A DNA stretch of 64,000 nt from Cenarchaeum sp. (GCA_963693095.2 OY843768.1:1280001-1344000); one strand, 5' to 3'; numbered from the stretch's first letter, positions 15,001-30,000 are shown. Made by a program: numbers and translations. Notes: a model not told the origin generated them from the letters alone.

Positions 15001-18000
15001 CCTGATCGTGTCGCCGGCGCGCGCGTGGTATGCGTACGGGTCAGGCCTCGCGTTGGCCGTGCTCCCGTCAAGGACCGTGTACGCCACGGCAGTCACCATC
15101 GGCGCGGGAGCCGCCGTGTACGTCGCGCTCGCCGTGGCGCCGTCGGCTATCGCGTTGGCCGTAGGCGTGGCCTTGTCCTTGATCGTGCCAGGCGCGCTGA
15201 CCGTGTACTCTACGCCGTCAGTCGCGGCAGAGACAGTGAGCGTGTACGTGTCGTCGTCGTCGTCGTCAAAGTCCACGGTCGACACCGAAAGGCCGCCGTC
15301 GACCGACCAGCCCGTGACAACCCTGGTCACGTCCTCCCTGAACTTCACGGTGATCGTCGTGGCGCCGTCGAACTCGGCGGTGAACGTCGGCGGCGCCTTG
15401 TCGGCGACTGCCGTGGCCGCAACCTCGTCGTTGACTGTCACAAACGCGTTGTTCGCCGTGTCGGCAAGCGCGCCCGTGCCGCGCGGGGTGTACGTGACGT
15501 CCGAGGCAGTCAGGCCGCCAAGGTCGGTGCTCGCGCGCGCCGAGTCGAGCGTGATGTAGAGCTCGCCGGTGGCCGTGGTGGTCTGCAGGTCGCCCGTCAC
15601 GGCCATCCCGTCCTCTGTCAGCGAGAGCGAATCGGCAGTCGAGCCGGCGACTGCCCACTCGCCAAACGCCGTCGTGCCGAGGACGTTCTCGGTAAAGGTG
15701 ATCCTTACGGTGCTAGCCGACGTGAGGCTTGCGCTGAACGTCGGCGCGTCAGAGTCGACCACGACGTTCGTGCCCGTCACGTCGGCCTGCGTGAGCGTCG
15801 TCTCGTTGCCTTCACTGTCGCTTATCGTCAGGGCAAACGCGAGTGGGCCGTTGGCGTCCGAGGCAGCTATCGTGCGCACGTACGAGTACATGTTGTTGCC
15901 CGCCGCAGTGTCCACCGAGTCGGCGTCAGTGGACGTCCCAAAGAGCGCAATGTCGCCGACGGCCGTGACTAGCGGCTCGCTGGCCACGACGTTGACGCGG
16001 ACGTCGTCGTCGATTCCGGCCGTTGTGACTGTCGCATGGTCAGCACCATCGCCCTCGAGCCTCACAGTCGCAGTCACCGTCGCCGTCGGGGCGATCTTGT
16101 CAGTAACGTGCTCTGCTGTCACCGTGTCGCCCGCATTGGTGGCGAGGTGGTTGTCCGCGCCGTCCTGGATCGTGTTGGTGCCCACCGTCGGGCGCGTGTA
16201 CGTGACGCCCGAGGCGTCCAGGCCGCCGAGGTCGGTGCCCGCGCGCGCCGAGGCGAGCGCGAGGACGACCTCCGTGGCCCTGGAGGGCGATGCCGGCACA
16301 ACCGAGTTGACAGTCGAGCCGGCCACTGCCCACTCGCCCTGCGCCGTCGTGCCGTCGACACGCTCGCTAAAGATGATCCTCACTGTGCTCGCCGAGGCCA
16401 GCTCGGCCTCAAACGTCGGCGGCGCGCCGTCGGCTGCCACCGCGTCGCCGAGCGTCACGGCGGTCCCGCCCTCGGTCAGGCCCGTCCCCCTGTACGAGAC
16501 CGTCGGCGTCGCCGCCGTCGAGATCTGCGTGTGCGTGATGAGGACCTGCGTGACTGCCGGCGACGCCCCGACCGTCACCGAGGCCACCGCCGCGCCGTGG
16601 GGCGTGCCGACCGTGTTCGACCTGACAGAGTCGGCGGGGTCAGTCGTGACGGTCTCCACGACCAGCGCGACCAGGCGCGTCCCCACGCCACCGCTCTCCA
16701 TGATGGACCAGTCGGCGACTGCGAGCGCGCCGCCCAGGTCGCCGCCGTCAAAGGTCACGAGCGTCGTAGTCGCGCTGCGCGTCTCGGCGGCAAACGGCGG
16801 CACGGCTGGCGCCGGCGTGACCGCCGCGCTCGTCGGCGAGGCCATCGGCACGCCGGCCGCGTCGTCCAGCGCGAGGGCGTCGGAGGCCATCGTGTACGTC
16901 AGCGTCGGGGCGCCCTGCGGGATCGGGATCGGGAACGGCGTCGTGAACGTCTGGCCGCCCTGCAGGGTCGGCGGCGTGAACGCCGAGGACGACCTGATGA
17001 CGACCCTGTCGGGCAGCGCGCCGTCCGCGGCGTCGCGGTAGACCATGTCGACTGCCGCCGTGGCCGTCCCCGTGTTCGTCTCGGCCGTCACGGCCCACTG
17101 CCCGTCTGCGCCGGCCGGCGTGGATGCAAAGTCCGCCATGTCCATCGCCTCGGACATGCGGGCCGTGTAGACGGTGTACAGCGCGCGCTCGTCGTTGTCT
17201 GTGACGCCGACGAGTGCCTCCTCGGCCTCTGTCGCGTCGTGGATCGTGAACGTCGGCGGCGCGCCGTCAGTCGCCTCGGCGCCGCCGTCGTCGACGCTGG
17301 TGCCGCTGGCGCCGCCCTCCCTGAGGTCGCCGCCGGCGTACGCGACGCTCGGCGTGGCCGCCGTCGAGGAGAGCGCGGGGTGCGTGATGAGCAGGTGCAT
17401 GGCAGTCGGGGAGCCCGGTATGGCAATCGGGGAGCCCGCCGTGGCCGCAGTCGCCGTCGCGGTGCCGTCGGCCGCAGCAGTCGCCACGCTCGATGGCGTG
17501 TGCGCCACGTCCGCCGAGCCGGTGTCGTTGTCCGTGACCGTCCAGTCCGTCACGTCGAGCGTGCCGGCCAGGTCGCCGCCGTCAAAGGCCACTAGCGTCG
17601 TAGTCAGGCTCCTCGTGGCGGCCTCGAAGGGCGCCGTGTACGTCGCGCTCGCCGTGGCGTCGTCGGCTATCTCGTTGGCCGTCAGCGTGGCCTTGTCCAT
17701 GATCCCGTCGGCCGCGTTTATCGTGTACTCTACGCCGTCAGTCGCGCCAGAGACGGTGAGCGTGTACGTCGCCGGAGCATCATAGTCGACGTCGGTCACG
17801 CTGAGGTTGCCATCCGTGGCAGTCACGGTCCAGCCTGTCGTCGCTGGCGAGACGTCAGTCACGTCCTCGCTGAACTCCACGGTGATCGTGGTGGCGTCAT
17901 CGAACGTGGCGGTGAACGTCGGCGGCGCACTGTCGGTGACTGCCGTGGCCGCAACCTCGTCGTTGACTGTCACAAACGCATTGTCCGCCGTGTCAACCAG

Positions 18001-21000
18001 CGCGCCCGTGCTGCGGGGGGTGTACGTGACGCCCGAGGCAGTCAGGCCGCCAAGGTCGGTGCTTGCGCGCTCCGAGGCGAGCGTGATGTAGAGCACGTTG
18101 GTGGCCGTGGTGGTCGACAGGTCTCCGGTCTCGTCCCCGCCGGTGGCCATCAGCGAGAGCGACTCGGGGGCAGAGCCGGCGACTTCCCACTCGCCAAACG
18201 CCGTCGTGCCCTCGACGTTCTCGGTAAAGGTGATCTCTACCGTGCTAGCCGACGTGAGGCTTGCGCTGAACGTCGGCGCGTCAGAGTCGACTGTCACGTT
18301 CGGGGTCACGTCGGCCTGCGTGAACGTTGCCGTGTTGCCCGCAGTGTCGCGTATAGTCAGGCTGAACGCGAGCGCGCCGCTGGCGTCCGAGGCGGCTATT
18401 GTGCGCACGTACGAGTACATATTGTTGCCCGCGGCCGTGTCCACCGAGTCGGCGGGAGTCGACTCCCCAAAGAGCGCAATGTCGCCGGCGGCCGTGGTGA
18501 GCGCCTCGCTGGCCGCCACGTTGACGCGGACTTCATCGTCGATTCCGGCCAGCCTGACAGTGGTCGAGTCTGCCGTCGCGTCCTCGAGCCTCACGCTCGC
18601 AGTCACTGTCGCCGTCGGCGCGACGCCGTCAGCAGCCGTCACCTGCCCTGCGCCCAGCGCGTTGCCGGCCGAGTCGGCCAGGGCCGTGCCCGAGTACGTG
18701 ACTATCGGCGCGAATGACGTGTCCGCGGTATCCGTGTACGTGAGCATGATCGTCGTCGTGCTGCCCGTGAAGGGGCTAACTGCGACGCCGGTGGCGTCGG
18801 CGACTGCCCAGTCGCCGTCGACGCTCGTTCCCGTGACGGCCTCTGACAGCGTGACCACCAGGGCCGCAGTCGACGTCGTCGCAGCGGACATGAGGGTCGG
18901 CGCGGCCCTGTCAATTATGGGCCGTGTCGGTGCGTCGTATGAGGGCACATGGCCCGCAGAGCCCGTCACGACTGTCATGTTTGGCGTGGGCATTGCCTCA
19001 TCAAACACGCTCATCATGAACTCAAACGGGCCGTCGGCAGGCTCGCCGGCTCCTGAGAGCACGAGATAGTCGACGGTCCAGCGCGTCTCGTCTCCGGCGG
19101 CCACGCGCGTCATTGTCACGGTGTTGGCGTCATCGGCCGTGGTGCCAGGATCGTCGGTCTTGCCGTCGAGGAGGATCGTCGGCGGCTCTACGGCATCCTG
19201 GTCGAGCGTGACTGTGAGGCGTATCGTGTCACCGGCGCGCGCATGGTTCGAGTACGGCGCTGCGCGCGCCGAGAGCGCCCCCATCGAGTCGGCCTCGAGG
19301 ACAGTGTACGAGATCGCCGTCGCGAGCGGAACCATCGTGTCGACTGTCACGGTGTCCACGAGGTCAGCTGCGGGGCTGTTGGATGCCGGTGAGGCATCAC
19401 CAATATCCGTGGTGGCCCTGAGCGTGTACTGCGCGTCAGCGGCGGCGAGCGGAAGCGTGAGCGCGACTGTCTCGGGGGAGCCGGCGACCGGGGCCACGGT
19501 GACGCCGGCCACGGGCGTCGTCCTGCCAGTAGACGTCGTGTCGCCGGCCTCCAGGTAGACTGTCGTGCCAGAGACCGTGGAGGCGTCAAGCGCCTCGCTG
19601 AACGTGGCGTGTATCGTTCGCGTCGGCAACTGCTGAAGCACGGACACTAGCGTCGGCGGCACGCTGTCGGCTACCATGACGGGGCTCTGCGGCGTGATTT
19701 CCGCAAGCTCGCGGGCGATCCTGTCAACCACGCGTCCGGCCGCAGAGGTGCCCGGGGCGTACTCTAGTGTCGGCTTTGCGCCAGTCGGAAGCGTCGCGTG
19801 CGACATTGTCATCACTTTGCCAGATATGGAGACAGAGCCTGTCGCCGCCTGCACACCGGCATTCTTTATGGCCCAGTGGCCTGCGCGCTCGGAGGCGGTC
19901 CCGCCGTTAAACCTCACTATCTCGCTGAATGTCACCGTTGTCGTAGTCGTCGACGTCATTGTGGCCGAGACGACTGTTGGGGGGTCGTGGTCCACTATTG
20001 GCCACAGTGCGGCAAAGCGCGCCTCATTAATGTCATCATTCCCACTGTCACCGACACATGCGTGAGCTCGCGTGTTTAGGTCCCTGGTGCAGTCGGTGCC
20101 TCGCGTGAACGTTACCTCGTTGCCCACCGGAATGTCAATCGTCGTAAACACTGGCACTAGCCGGCCCTCCGGGATGCCCGTGGTCACAGTCAGCGTGTGT
20201 GACCAGTTGTCGTTATCAGCATCATAAGAGAGTGGACGTGATGTGTCAGTACCAAAGTATTTGACCGTCGCAGACTCCATGGCGTATGGCTGATCAGCGC
20301 ACTGTGGATCTGGTAGACGGCAATTCGGAGCATCTGGGCCATTCGGCGTGTATGACAGTATCTCCGGCCGCACTAGCACAGTGTCTCCGGCCTTTACCAG
20401 CAGTGTGCCATAACCCACTGTCGGGTCTGCGTCCGCAAGGCGCGCCCTGCTCACGTCAAGATTGACGGTGTTTGCCTCAGGCGCAGCCCTGTCGAGCATG
20501 CGCTCACGTGGCACCTTTAGCTCCTCTGCGCCCACCCGCAGCGCATTGCCGGCCACGTCAGTCAGCGCAGTGCCCGTGTACTCGAGGGTGGCGCCATAGT
20601 CGACTTCGCGCTTGCCCTCATAGTAGCCGATCTGCGTGGAGGAGAGCTGCTTGGTTACAAGGGCAATCTCACTCAACGGGGATGACGGTGGTATAGAGAG
20701 CCTCAGCACGGGGTCGCTATCAGGCAGCAAGAATTCCCTGACATCCTTAAGACTATCTCCGCTCGGATCCTCCTCGTCACCGACAATCCACGAGCCAGCT
20801 CTCGTCGAGCCCGCCATGGGCTCGCTAAACTGCACGACCATCGAGGTCAGGCCCGTTATGTGAACCACGTCGATGACCGGCCGCACCCCGTCAGTCGCCT
20901 CGGCGCCGCCGGAGGCGACGTCAGAGGTGACCTCTGCGAGGAACCCGCCGGTCGGCTCGGTGCCGGGCTTTGCGTACGCGACTTGGGGCGTGGCGCCAGT

Positions 21001-24000
21001 CGAGGAGAGATCGTCGTGCGTGATGAGCAGGTGCGTGGCAGTCGGGGAGTCCGGTATGGTCGCAGTCGAGCCCACCGTGGCCACAGTCGCCGTCGCCGTG
21101 CCGTCGGCTCCGGCAGTCGCCACGCGCAATGTCGTCAGCGCCCCGTTGTCTGCCATGTCAGTCGCGTCGTTCTCGGTGACGGTCCAGTCACCCACGTCGA
21201 GCGTGCCGGCCAGGTCGCCGCCGTCAAAGGTGACGAGCGTCGTAGTCAGGCTCCTCGTGGCGGCCTCGAAGGGCGCAAGCGTGTACGTCGCGCTCGCAAT
21301 GCTTAAGGCAAGCGCGTTGCCGGCCAGGTCGGTGATCGTTATCGGCAGCTGCACGGCCCACGATCCTGCCAAGTTTGCCATGGCCTCCACGGTGAGGACG
21401 GCGCCCTCGGCGCTAGCGTCCCTAGACGCAGGGTTGCCGAGCCCAGTCGGCGGGGCGACAGTCACGGTGAACGTGTCCGGCGTCACGATCACCTCGTTGA
21501 ACGTGATCACAATCGAGGTGCCCCTAAAGAACGCCGGCGTCGCCGCATCAAGCGTCGGCGCAGTCCGGTCAACGGTGGGCAGCTCGACTGTGATGTCTCC
21601 GGCGTGACCGTCCGAAGCCGTTATCTGTCCGTCGATGCCGGCGGCATCCTCGACATCTATGGTAAAGTCAAACGGCGCAGCAGGCGACGTCTCGGGAGTC
21701 GTGGCCGACACGGCGAGGTCATAGTGCCACGTGCTCGCGTCGCTGCCGCCCGTGTTCACCATGGACTCGCCCGTGAGCCCGCCGACGTCGATCTCTGGCG
21801 TGCCAGAGGCATCCTCGCCGAGCGTGAGCAGGAGGCGGATCGTGTCGCCGGCCGCAGCATGGAGCCTCGAGGCGCCGGACTTTAGCGTTAACAGGTTCAG
21901 CGCGTCAGCGCCGCCCGTGTTGGTGTCATCGTACACCTCAAAGGATATCGCAGTAGCCCTCGGCGGCGCGTCATAGGTGCCCGTGGCGGCCGCGCCGGCG
22001 TACGCGTTGCCGGCCAGGTCAGTCAGCGTGGTCGGCAGCGCCACAGAGTACGCCCCCGACGCGCGTGTGGCATCGAGCACGGTGACGACCGCGCCGGCAG
22101 GCATGGTGTTCCTGTCCATCGCATCAGACGCGCCTGACGGCGGCGTGACTCGCAGCATGGCCGGAGAGACGACTGGCTCGCTGAACGTGAGGACGATCGA
22201 GTAGCCCGAGAAGGCAGTCGTCGTGAGCGTCGGCGCCGTGCGGTCTATGGTCGGCACGTCCGCCGTGCTGCCGCTGGCCATCGGGGTCTCCTGCGTTATG
22301 GGCTCAGGGTTGCCCTCCACTGTGATCGAGAACGTGAACGGCGCAGTGGGCGAAGTCTCGACTGTCGTGGTGCCCACGATGATGTCGTGGTGCCACGTCG
22401 TGTCCAGCGCGTCGCCATTGTTGCCCATCGTCGTCGCCGTCGGCGTCCTGCCCGTGCCGGGCACCGTCACTGACGGCGCGGCGGTGACGCCCTTGTCGAG
22501 CGTGAGCACGAGGCGGATCGTGTTGTCTGCCATCGCGTGGAGCTCCGAGGCGCCGGACTTTATCGTGGACAGGTTCAGCGTGTCGGCCGTTCCGGAGCCG
22601 TCAGTGTCGGTGTCGCCGTACACCGCAAAGGATATCACAGTCGCCATCGGCGGCGTGCTGAACTCGGCGCCTCCCGGCACGGCCGTGTTGGTGGCCAAGG
22701 GGTTGCCCACGCCCACCACGTCTTTTATCCCGCTCACGGCCAGGGCGTACGTGCCCTCGGCCACATGGGCGTCCAGCGTGAAGCGCAGGCCGGTGTTCGG
22801 CCCATAGCCCTCGTCGGCTGGGTCAAAGAGGTCGGCGTCGTCATCGACGCTGCCCGTGGTGACCTTTGTGCCGGCCATGGTGGAGACCGTCAGGCGCTCG
22901 ATGCCGCGGCCGGGATGCGCGACGGCCTCGTCAAAGAGGACCTCGACGGTGTCTGACGCCGTAAAGCGGCCCACCGCCGGAACCGGCGGCGCGCCGTCGG
23001 CGGCCGCGACTGGGCTGCCGACAGTGGAGCCCACGGGGTTGCCGGCCCTGTCGGCCAGGCGCTCCTGCTCCCCCACGAGCGTCGCCGAGTCGTCGTACAG
23101 GACGCCCGGCGTCGAGGCCGCCGACGGGAGGGCGTCGTGGTGGAGGATTATCCTGTCCGTCCCGGCCTGCGGGATCTCGACTGTGGCCGACGGCCCGTCG
23201 GAGCCCACGGTCACGTCATTGACTGTGATGCTGCCCCCGTCCGAGAGCGACCAGTCGTCCGCGCGCGCCGTGCCCACGAGCCGCTCGGCGAAGCGGATAT
23301 CCGTATGTGTCAGGCTCTGCGTCTCGGCCGTGAACGCCGGAGGCGTGGTGTCCTCCACGGCAGACGAGGTCCCGTCGGCCAGCGCGTTGGCCGCCGGCGA
23401 GGTGTCGGCTATCGAGTTCGCCCTGGCGTCCTCGCCGTCCGGCACGTTTAGCGTGAGCGTGATCGTGGCGAGGTCGAACGAGGTGGAGTAGCCGCCCCTG
23501 CTATCTGGCGCCGTGATCGTGGCGGTCTGCGCGCCCAGGTTATAGGCGACATTCGAGGCGGCCAGCGTGGCGTCGGCCGTGTCGGCGGCGTTCCTCCCCG
23601 AGAACGTCCAGTCGGCGGCCGTCGGGAGCGTCTTGCCTGTGGCCTGCGAGACGGGCTCGGAGAAGGTCACCGTGTGGACGGCGGTGAACAAGCTGTCCGT
23701 GGAGTCAGTCAGCGGCCTCTCTACCGTAAACGTCGGAGGCGCGCCGTCAGTGGCCGCAGTGTCGCGCGTGGCCACCTCGGATGTGCCCTCGGCGAGGAAC
23801 CCGCCAGTCGGCCTGTCGTCAGGCTTTGTGTACGCGACGTTCGGCGTGGCCGCCGTCGAGGAGAGCGCGTCGTGCGTGATGAGGAGCTGCTTTGCAGTCG
23901 AGGCGTCCGGTATCTCGGCCGCGGAGCCCACCGTGGCCGCAGTCGTCGTCGCGACGCCGCTGAGCGCAGTCGCCACTCTCGACGTCGTCAGCGCCACGTT

Positions 24001-27000
24001 GTCCGCCATGCTGGCCGCGTCGTTCTCGGTGACCGTCCAGTTCGTCACGTCAAGCGTGCCCGAGAGATCGCCGCCGGTAAAGGTCACGAGCGTCGTCGTG
24101 AGGCTCGCAGTGGCGGCCGTGAAGGGGCCAGCCGTGGCGGCGATGCCATCTGTTGCGATCGCCGACGCGCCGTCCGGAATCGGGTTGTTATTGGCATTGT
24201 CGAGTGACATTCTGCTGCCAAACAGCGCATCGGCGAGATAGTTGGAGGCGGGGCGGCTATAGGTGACCGTGGGCATGTCGTCCACGCCAAAGGTCGCCAC
24301 GGTGAGCGTAAAGACCGTGCGTATAACGCCGGCCTGCGTAACGTTGGCCGTGGTCAGGGCGCTTGGCGTGGCGCCGTCCACGTCCCAGTTCCCCACGACT
24401 CGCCAGGGGGCGTGATTATTGTGTGAACTCGTGTTGTGTATCGCCTCGGTGAACGTGACAGCTATCGTCGCCGTCGTCAACGTGCGCGCCGTGAACGTCG
24501 GCGGGGCCTTGTCGGTGACGGCCGTGGCAGATGTCGGGCTGCCGGCGGCGGCCGCAAGGCGGAGCTCTGCCGAGTTTCGGAGCGTGTCATCGCCCGTCGA
24601 CGGGCGCGTGTAGACCACGCTCGCCGCGGTGATCTCCGCCAGGTCGCCGTCACCGTCGGGGTCGGCCAGGCTGGTGTAGGGGCGCGCCGGGTCTAGCGTG
24701 AGGACGATCTCTGTGGCGTCAAAGGGCGAGGACGGCACCGCAGTCCTGACTGTCGAGCCGGCGACTGCCCACTCGGAGCCGGCAGTCACGCCAAAGACGG
24801 CCTCGTTGAACGTGATCCTCACGGTCTCCGCCGAGGTCAGCTCGGCGCTGAACGTCGGCGCAGTCGTGTCCGCCGCGTACGTGGCAGTCACCGGGGCGGC
24901 GGCGAGCCCGTTGTCCGAGGCGTCGTCTATGCCCGTGGGCAGCGCGACAGAGTACTCGCCGGCAGCCGGCGAGGAGATTGTGACTGTCGCCCTGTCGGTG
25001 CCGTCGGTGTGGTCTGCGTTCAGCGCGCCGCCGGGCGTGACGGCCAGCGTGGCCGGCACTCCGTTGACCGGCTCGCTGAACAGGATGACGATCGCGCTGC
25101 CCAAAAAGGCCGCCCTGGCCGTCGGCGGCGCGCCGTCGGCCACTGCCGTGGCCGTGGCCGTCATCCCGGCTGCGGCAAGGTCGTTGCCGGCGCCGTCGGC
25201 GAGCGTGTTGGACGCAGTCGCCGAGTCCGCCGCGGGGCGCGCATAGACCACGCTCGCCGTCGTGATCTCCTCGAGCGGGCCTGCACCGTCCGGGTCGGCC
25301 AGTGCCGTGCCCGCGCGCGAGGCCGACAGCGTGAGGACGATCTCGCCGGCCGAGGACGGCGAGGAGGGCGTGACCGCGCTGACTGTCGAGCCGGCGACTG
25401 TCCACTCGGCAGGCGCCGTCGTGCCGTCGACATCCTCGGTAAACGTGATCGTCACGGTGGTCGCAGACGTGAGGCTTGCGCTGAACGTCGGCGGAGTCGT
25501 GTCCGCCGGCGCCGCGTACGTCGTCATCACCGTGGCGCCCGAGGCGAACGCGTTGCCGGCGAGGTCGGCCAGGCCCGCCGGCAGCGTGACGGTGTGCTCG
25601 GCGGCGGCCGCGTCGGCGGCCAGCGTGAGGGTGATCGTGCGGGCCGCCGCGTCATAGACGATGGGCCTCACCGGCGTGTCGGCTGCCAGGTCCTCCGTGG
25701 CCAGCGAGACGGGGCTGCCGCCGGCGCTCACGGCGAACGTGTAGCCCTCCACCTGCGTCGGCGTGTTGAGGAGCGCCTCGCCCGCCGTGATGACGAGCGT
25801 CCTGGCCGCCGTGAACGCCGCAGTCGCCGTCGGCGCGGTCAGGTCTATGGCCGGCAGGGTGAACGTGAGGGCGGCGGACTCCGTTATGGTGCCCGTGTTG
25901 GGCGGCGTCGCCGCATCGGCCACGGCGATCGAGAACGTGAACGCCACGTCGTCCGTCTCGGCAGTCATGCTCGTCACTGCCATGTCGTGCACCCACGTCA
26001 GGCCGTTGGCCTCCGAGCCGGCCACCATCGGGGCAGCAACAGGCGTCCTGCCCGCGCCGGGCACCGTCACCATCGGCGCGCCGGGAACCGTCTCGTCGAG
26101 CGTGAGCTTTAGGCGGATCGTGTCCCCGTCGCTTGCGCGCAGCGCGCTCTCGCCGGACTTTAGCGTGCCGGTGCTCGCCGTGCCGTCGCCGTACACCTCG
26201 AAGGCTATCGAGGTTGCGGCCGGCGCGGCCGCGTCGTACGTCGCGGCCACCGTGGCGCCCGAGGCGAACGCGTTGCCGGCGAGGTCTTCCAGGCCCGCCG
26301 GCAGCGTGACTGTGTGCTCGGCGGCGGCCGCGTCGGCGGCCAGCGTGAGGGTGATCGTGCGGGCCGCCGCGTCATAGACGATGGGCCTCACCGGCGTGTC
26401 GGCTGCCAGGTCCTCCGTGGCCAGCGAGACGGCGCTGCCGCCGGCGCTCACGGCGAACGCATAGCCCTCCACCTGCGTCGGCGTGTTGAGGAGCGCCTCG
26501 CCCGCCGTGATGACGAGCGTCCTGGCCGCCGTGAACGCCGCCTCGGCCGTCGGCGCGGTCAGGTCTATGGTCGGCACGTCCGCCGTGCTGCCGCCGGCCA
26601 GCGGGGTCTCCTGCGTTATGGCCGCAGGGTTGCCCTCCACTGTGATCGAGAACGTGAACGGCGCAGTGGACGAAGTCTCGACAGTCGTGGAGCCCACGAT
26701 GATGTCGTGGTGCCACGTCGTGGTCAGCGCGTCGCCTGCGTTGCCCATCGGCGTCTCCGTAGGCGTCCTGCCCGTGCCGGGCACCGTCACTGACGGCGCG
26801 GCGGTGACGCCCTTGTCGAGCGTGAGCACGAGGCGGATCGTGTTGTCGGCCATCGCGTGGAGTTTCGAGTCGCCGGACTTTATCGTGGACAGCTCCAGCG
26901 TGTCACCCGTGCCAGAGCCGTCCGTGTCTGTGTCGCCGTACACCGCAAAGGATATCGCAGTCGCCATCGGCGGCGCAGCCGGCGTGTACGTCGCAGTGCC

Positions 27001-30000
27001 AGCCTCGCCGAAGAGAACCCTGTTTGCCGTCGGCGTGGCGAGGTCGTCGATCGTGTTGTCGACATTGACGGTGTATGTCCTGCCAGGCTCAGCGTTTGCG
27101 CCCAGCTCTAGCATGTACGTCGCTGGAGCCTCATAGTCGACGCCGGTCACGCCGAGGTTGCCCTCCGTGGCAGTCACGGTCCAGCCGGTCGTCCCTGAGG
27201 AGGAGACGTCAGTCACGGCCTCGCCAAAGGTCACAGATAACATGTTGGCCGCCGTGAACGTGGCGAGCTCTATCGTCGGCCTTAGGCCGTCAGTGGCGCG
27301 GACGTGGGGCTCAAGCGTCGAGAGCATGGCGTTGCCAAGCCCGTCGCCCAGGCGCACCTGTTCCGAAGCTAGCATAGTCGAGGCGTCGTACGAAAAGACC
27401 GGCGTCGAGCCCGTGGAGGCGAGCGTGGGGTGGAGGACATCGACGGAGGGAAGAGACGTCAGGGTGCGTATGGTCGCGGTGGTCGAGACGATGCTGCTGA
27501 TTGTCGCCGTGTTGCCGTTATCCGTGAGCGACCAGTCGGCCACGCGCATCGTGCCGCTGACGGGCTCGCTAAAGGTGATCCTCGAGCCATCCAGTCGCAC
27601 CGTCTCGACCGTGAACGTCGGCGGCGCCTTGTCGACAAGTGCCGTGGCCGTCCCCATGCCGCCTGCCGTCGAGGCAAGGTGGTTGTCCGCGCCGTCCTGG
27701 ATCGTGTTGGTGCCAGTCAACGGGCGCGTGTACGTGACGGCCGAGGCGTCCAGGGTGCCCAGGGCGGTGCTCCCACGAGCGGCGGCGAGCGTGATAAAGA
27801 GCTCGTCGGTGGCCGTGGTGATCGACAGGTCGCCGGTCTCGGCCCCGTCGGTAGCCGTCAGCGAGAGCGAGGCCGGCTGGACGCCGTCAAAGCTCCACTC
27901 GCCACGCGCCGTCGTGCCGTCGATGCGCTCGTCAAAGACGATCCTCACGGTGCTCGCAGACGTGAGCTCGGCGCTGAACGTTGGCGCCGTGTTGTCTACC
28001 ATCACGTAGCTCGCATTGGCGTCTATCGTGTTGGCCGTCGGCGTGACCTTGTCCATGATCCCGTCGGCGGCGTTTACCGTGTACTCGACGCCGAAAGTCG
28101 CGGTGGAGACGGTGAGCGTGTACGTGTCGTCGTCATCAAAGTCCACCATCGACACCGTGAGGCTGGCAGAGTCGGCCACCACTGACCAGCCGGTTCCAGC
28201 CATCGTCGACGTGTCCCTGCTCACAGGCTCGGTGAACGTGACAGATATCGTCGTCGCGTCGGTGAACGAGGCCGACTCGATGGACGGGGAGACCCCGTCG
28301 GCGGCCACGACGGGGCTGGCGCCCGTCGGGCGCAGGTCGACTCTGTCGGAGTCGAGCAGCTCGCCGGCGGCGGCCGTGTACGCCACGTTCGGCGTCGCGT
28401 CGTCGTCCTGCGCGTTGGCAGACGTCAGCGTGAGCGTGATCGTCTCGACTGCCGTCGTTATCGTGACCGTGCCGCCTGCCTCCGTCGCGCCGACGGCAGA
28501 GACGGACTCGACTGGCATGCCGTCGACTGTCCACTCGGAGGCCGCCGTGCTGCCGTCGAGCGCCTCGGAGAACCTGACGATGACTGACGTTGCCGTGTCG
28601 AGCGTCGCCGTGAACGTCGGCGCCGCGTTGTACGTCGCCATCTCGGTCTCGCCGGCGTCTATCGTGTTGGCCGTCGGCGTGACCTTGTCCATGATCCCGT
28701 TGGCCACGTTTATCGTGTACTCTACGCCGTCAGTCGCGGCTGAGACGGTGAGCGTGTACGTCGCCGGAGCCTCATAGCCGACGCCGGTCACGCCAAGGTT
28801 GCCCTCCGTGGCAGTCACGGTCCATTCGGCCGTCCCTGACGAGGAGACGTCAGTCACGTCCTCGGCGAACGTGACAGATATCGTCGTCGCGTCGGTGAAC
28901 GAGGCTGACTCTATGGACGGGGAGACCCCGTCGGTGGCCACGACGGGGCTGGCGCCCGTCGGGCGCAGGTCGACGTCATCGGAGTCGAGCAGCTCGCCGG
29001 CGGCGGCCGTGTACACCACGTTCGGCGTCGCGTCATCGTCCTGCGCGTTGGCAGACGCGAGTGTGAGCGTGATCGTCTCGACTGCAGTCGTTATCGTGAT
29101 CGCCGCGTCGTCGACCGTCGTGGACGTGCCGTCCGTGATGGACTCGGGCGCCTCGCCGGCGACGCTCCACTCCGTGCGCGCCGTGCTGCCGTCGAGCGCC
29201 TCGGAGAACCTGACTATGACTGACGTCGGCGTGTCAAGCGTAGCCGTGAACGTCGGCGGCGCGTTGTACGTCGCCGTCTCGGTCTCGCCGGCCGCTATCG
29301 TGTTGGGTGAATCGGCCTCGTCCATGATCGTGCCAGGCGCGCTGACCGTGTACTCTACACCATCAGTCGCGGCGGAGACGGTGAGCGTGTACGTGTCGCT
29401 GTCATCAAAGTCCGCCATCGACACCGAAAGGCCGCCGTTCACCGACCAGCCCGTGGTAACCTCGGTCACGTCCTCGGCGAACGTGACAGATATCGTCGTC
29501 GCGTCGGTGAACGAGGCTGACTCTATGGACGGCTTGATCTTGTCGGTGGCCACGACGGGGCTGGCGCCCGTCGGGCGCAGGTCGACGTCATTGGAGTCGA
29601 GCAGCTCGCCGGCGGCGGCCGTGTACGCCACGTTCGGCGTCGCGTCGTCGTCCTGCTCGTTGGCAGACGCGAGCGTGAGCGTGATCGTCTCGACTGCCGT
29701 CTCTATCGTGATCGCGCCGTCGCCGATCGTCGTCGACGTGCCGGCCGTGACGGACTCGGGCTCCTCACCGGCGACGGCCCACTCTGTGCGCGCCGTGCTG
29801 CCGTCGAGCGCCTCGGAGAACCTGACGGTTACTGACGTCGCCGTGTCAAGTGTCGCCGTGAACGTCGGCGCCGCGTTGTACGTCGCCATCTCGGTCTCGC
29901 CTGTGTCTATCGTGTTGGGCGTCGTGGCTCTGTCCATGATCCCGTTGGCCGCGTTTATCGTGTACTCTACGCCGTCAGTCGCGCCAGAGACGGTGAGCGT

